Origin: Gemmatimonadales bacterium
GTDB lineage: Bacteria > Gemmatimonadota > Gemmatimonadetes > Gemmatimonadales > GWC2-71-9
Reading direction: 5' to 3'
Assembly (NCBI GenBank): GCA_965249575.1
Contig: OZ252244.1
Span: 3,200,001 to 3,264,000, forward strand
DNA length: 64,000 nt
The notes beneath the pieces are model-generated. The model worked only from the letters and a program-made list of their open reading frames with translations. It was not told where the DNA came from and did not search any database. Of the stretch, positions 62,056 to 64,000 are shown one piece after another; the stretch's first letter is position 1; each line of letters begins with the position of its first letter. A program made the translations under genes and the position numbers.

Positions 62056-62273
62056 CGGTGGGCTCTCGTCACCGGACCGCGCCCCACCCGCACAGCGAGG
62101 TCGCGAACCCAACGCATCGCCATGCGCTCGCGCCGGGCACCGACGTCACCGCACGGGGCACGGTTGGAACGCCGTCATGAATCAGAGGATTGATCCTTGC
62201 AGAATCCCTATGGGGCCGCCAGTTTTGAACCACGATTCCCGTCAGTGGGTACTGATAACCCCTATTAGGGCGC

Positions 62274-63416
62274 ATGGCAACGCACCTCGATGACCGCGGG
62301 GCCCCCGGGGACCCCTACAGACAGGGCCAGCAGGATACGCCCCATGATCCGGCAGGCGACGTCGACATGTCCCTCGTGGGCCACGTCAATCGTCTCCTTC
62401 GCTATCGCAGACTCCTATTCGGGCTTCCGTTGCTGATGCTCGTCGTGACGGTGGTTCTGACGGTGCTGTCCGGGTCTCGGTACAAGAGTCAGTCGCGTTT
62501 CATGGCAGCAGCGTCGACCTCGGCCGCGAGCCGCTTGAGTAGTATCGCGGCGCAGTTTGGGTTTGCCCTCGCGGGCGCCGAGTCTGGCGAGAGCATTACC
62601 TTCTACGGTCAGCTGGTGAAATCACGCGAGCTGTTGGAGGCTGCAGCCACCTCGTCGTATCGGTTCGCAACATCTGAGGACGGCGATACGCTGGAAGGGA
62701 CCCTCATAGAGTTATACGGGATCGAGGCCGACACGCCCGAGGAAGAGTTGATCATTGCAATCGACCAGCTGGCGGTGGACGCGTCCGTGGGACTCGATGT
62801 CGTTTCCGGGCTGGTAACGGTAGCAGTGGTCGCGCCGTGGGCTGGGCTCGCGGAGCAGATGAACCGCCGACTGCTGGACCTCGTAAACCAGTTCAACTTG
62901 GAGCGGCGGCAGTCGCAGGCAAAGGCGGAGCGGGAGTTCGTTGAGAGCCGCCTCGACGAGGCGCGTGCAGAGCTCGAGGCGGCCGAGGGCGAGCTCGAGA
63001 TCTTCCTCGTCGAGAATCGCTCCTACCAAGAATCCCCCCGCTTGAGATTCGAGGCAGCCCGCCTGCAGCGCCGCGTGGATTTGAGGCAGCAGGTCTATAC
63101 ATCACTGGCGCAGGCCTACGAACAGGCGCGCATCGACCAGGTGCGGAACACCCCGGTGATCACGATCGTGGAAAGCCCGGAAGGGTCCGCACGTCCCGAT
63201 CGAAACATCCTCAAAAACGCCATTCTGGCTCTGATCATTGGCGTGGTGGTCGCCCTGGTGGTGATCTTGCTGCGGGAATACCTGAATGCGCAGCGGTCGC
63301 AGCACCCTGCCGAGTACGCCGAGTTCGAGGAACTGAGGGAGGCCACGCTCGGAAAGCTGGTGCCCAGGCGTATCGGCAAGCTGCTCTCACGCGCTCGGTC
63401 GCCGGACACCGCTTAA
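62274..63416 (+). CDS. Wzz-like chain-length determinant/co-polymerase
   Basis: N- and C-terminal TMs, coiled coil, YEQARIDQVRNTPVITIVE.P. Confidence 0.85.
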   Translation: MATHLDDRGAPGDPYRQGQQDTPHDPAGDVDMSLVGHVNRLLRYRRLLFGLPLLMLVVTVVLTVLSGSRYKSQSRFMAAASTSAASRLSSIAAQFGFALAGAESGESITFYGQLVKSRELLEAAATSSYRFATSEDGDTLEGTLIELYGIEADTPEEELIIAIDQLAVDASVGLDVVSGLVTVAVVAPWAGLAEQMNRRLLDLVNQFNLERRQSQAKAEREFVESRLDEARAELEAAEGELEIFLVENRSYQESPRLRFEAARLQRRVDLRQQVYTSLAQAYEQARIDQVRNTPVITIVESPEGSARPDRNILKNAILALIIGVVVALVVILLREYLNAQRSQHPAEYAEFEELREATLGKLVPRRIGKLLSRARSPDTA

Positions 63417-63445
63417 GAGAGGGCCAGACGCGATTCTGCGCTTCG

Positions 63446-64000
63446 CTACCGCGTCGCGATTGCAACGATCGCCACGGTGCTCGCGAGAATCTGCGCAATG
63501 CTACCAAAGAGCGCCGGGATGTTAGACTCCCGTTCGGGATCCCTCGTCGGCACGAAGATGGTGCTCCCGGGCCCGGGGGCCGGTGCACTCGTGAAGAAGA
63601 GAAAGCGGTTCTTCACGCGGGCCGATCCGTCGGCATAGCGAACACTCACCCTGTTCTTGTCCGCCGCCGGTGAATATCCGCCGGCGTTCCCGATGTAGTA
63701 CTTGAGGCCACGCCCCCGGTTGTACAAGACGCTGGTCGGTGCGTTGACGGCGCCCGCCACCCGAACGGTCGGGTCATACTCGGGAATGTCCACCGAGTCC
63801 TCTGGCTGCAAGATGACATCTGACAGGCTCCCCGGCTGCTCGAGAGCTCTCCTGAGATCGATGTTGACCCGTCCCGCATCGTCGAGCTTTCGAAAGAATC
63901 TCACACCGTCGGCGTACGCCGTCGGCAGCAAGCCGCCGGCCCGTCGAACCAGGTTGCCGAGGCGCTCGCCCTTTTGCGTGAGCGCGTACGTTCCCGGGAA
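63446..64000 (-). CDS. SLBB-domain polysaccharide export protein (Wza/KpsD-like), 5' partial
   Basis: FPGTYAL..GERL..LV.RAGG, LQPED.V.IP, V.GAVNAP, YI.NAGGY, PGSTIFVP, amphipathic C-terminal helix. Confidence 0.88.
   Translation of the reverse strand, partial: FPGTYALTQKGERLGNLVRRAGGLLPTAYADGVRFFRKLDDAGRVNIDLRRALEQPGSLSDVILQPEDSVDIPEYDPTVRVAGAVNAPTSVLYNRGRGLKYYIGNAGGYSPAADKNRVSVRYADGSARVKNRFLFFTSAPAPGPGSTIFVPTRDPERESNIPALFGSIAQILASTVAIVAIATR

Noticed and set aside
1..64000. tRNA, rRNA, CRISPR array, IS or prophage
   Set aside because: No cloverleaf, regular repeat-spacer array, transposase or phage protein recognised by eye; small ncRNAs in 27164-27397 or 55882-56512 cannot be excluded without Infernal/Rfam

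Overview
High-GC bacterial chromosome segment. Gene order and protein style suggest Gemmatimonadota/FCB group (inference, not tested). Bases 1-51.5 kb are a dense, intact and almost entirely + strand core region: TPR proteins, bamD, nadD, secA, radC, rel, uvrB, tsaE/tsaB/rimI, ssb, TsaP-like LysM protein, ccsA/hemX-hemA, an epimerase, the tol-pal-cpoB cluster, a single 1176-codon ORF fusing TatC to an LptD-like barrel, a lipoprotein with a candidate sigma54 promoter, two acidic TPR scaffold proteins, a polyprenyl synthase, tatA, ppiD, aroQ-M24 peptidase-efp-accB-pilT-accC, comB, ftsK, yraN, recA, recX, alaS, a CpsB phosphatase, an SDR and a CCA-adding enzyme. Bases 51.5-64 kb are a surface-polysaccharide locus (wzc, O-antigen ligase/Wzy, GT2, GT4, sulfotransferases, wzz-like, SLBB exporter) that is visibly decaying through nonsense codons, frameshifts, truncations and spliced gene remnants. 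The most notable signal is the TatC::LptD-like ORF, whose junction reads as an internal cleavable signal peptide, suggesting a polyprotein. Also notable: D-(S/T)-hydrophobic sequons are enriched in exported proteins, and a REC/degenerate-GGDEF protein keeps its I-site. No tRNA, rRNA, CRISPR array or transposase was recognised.
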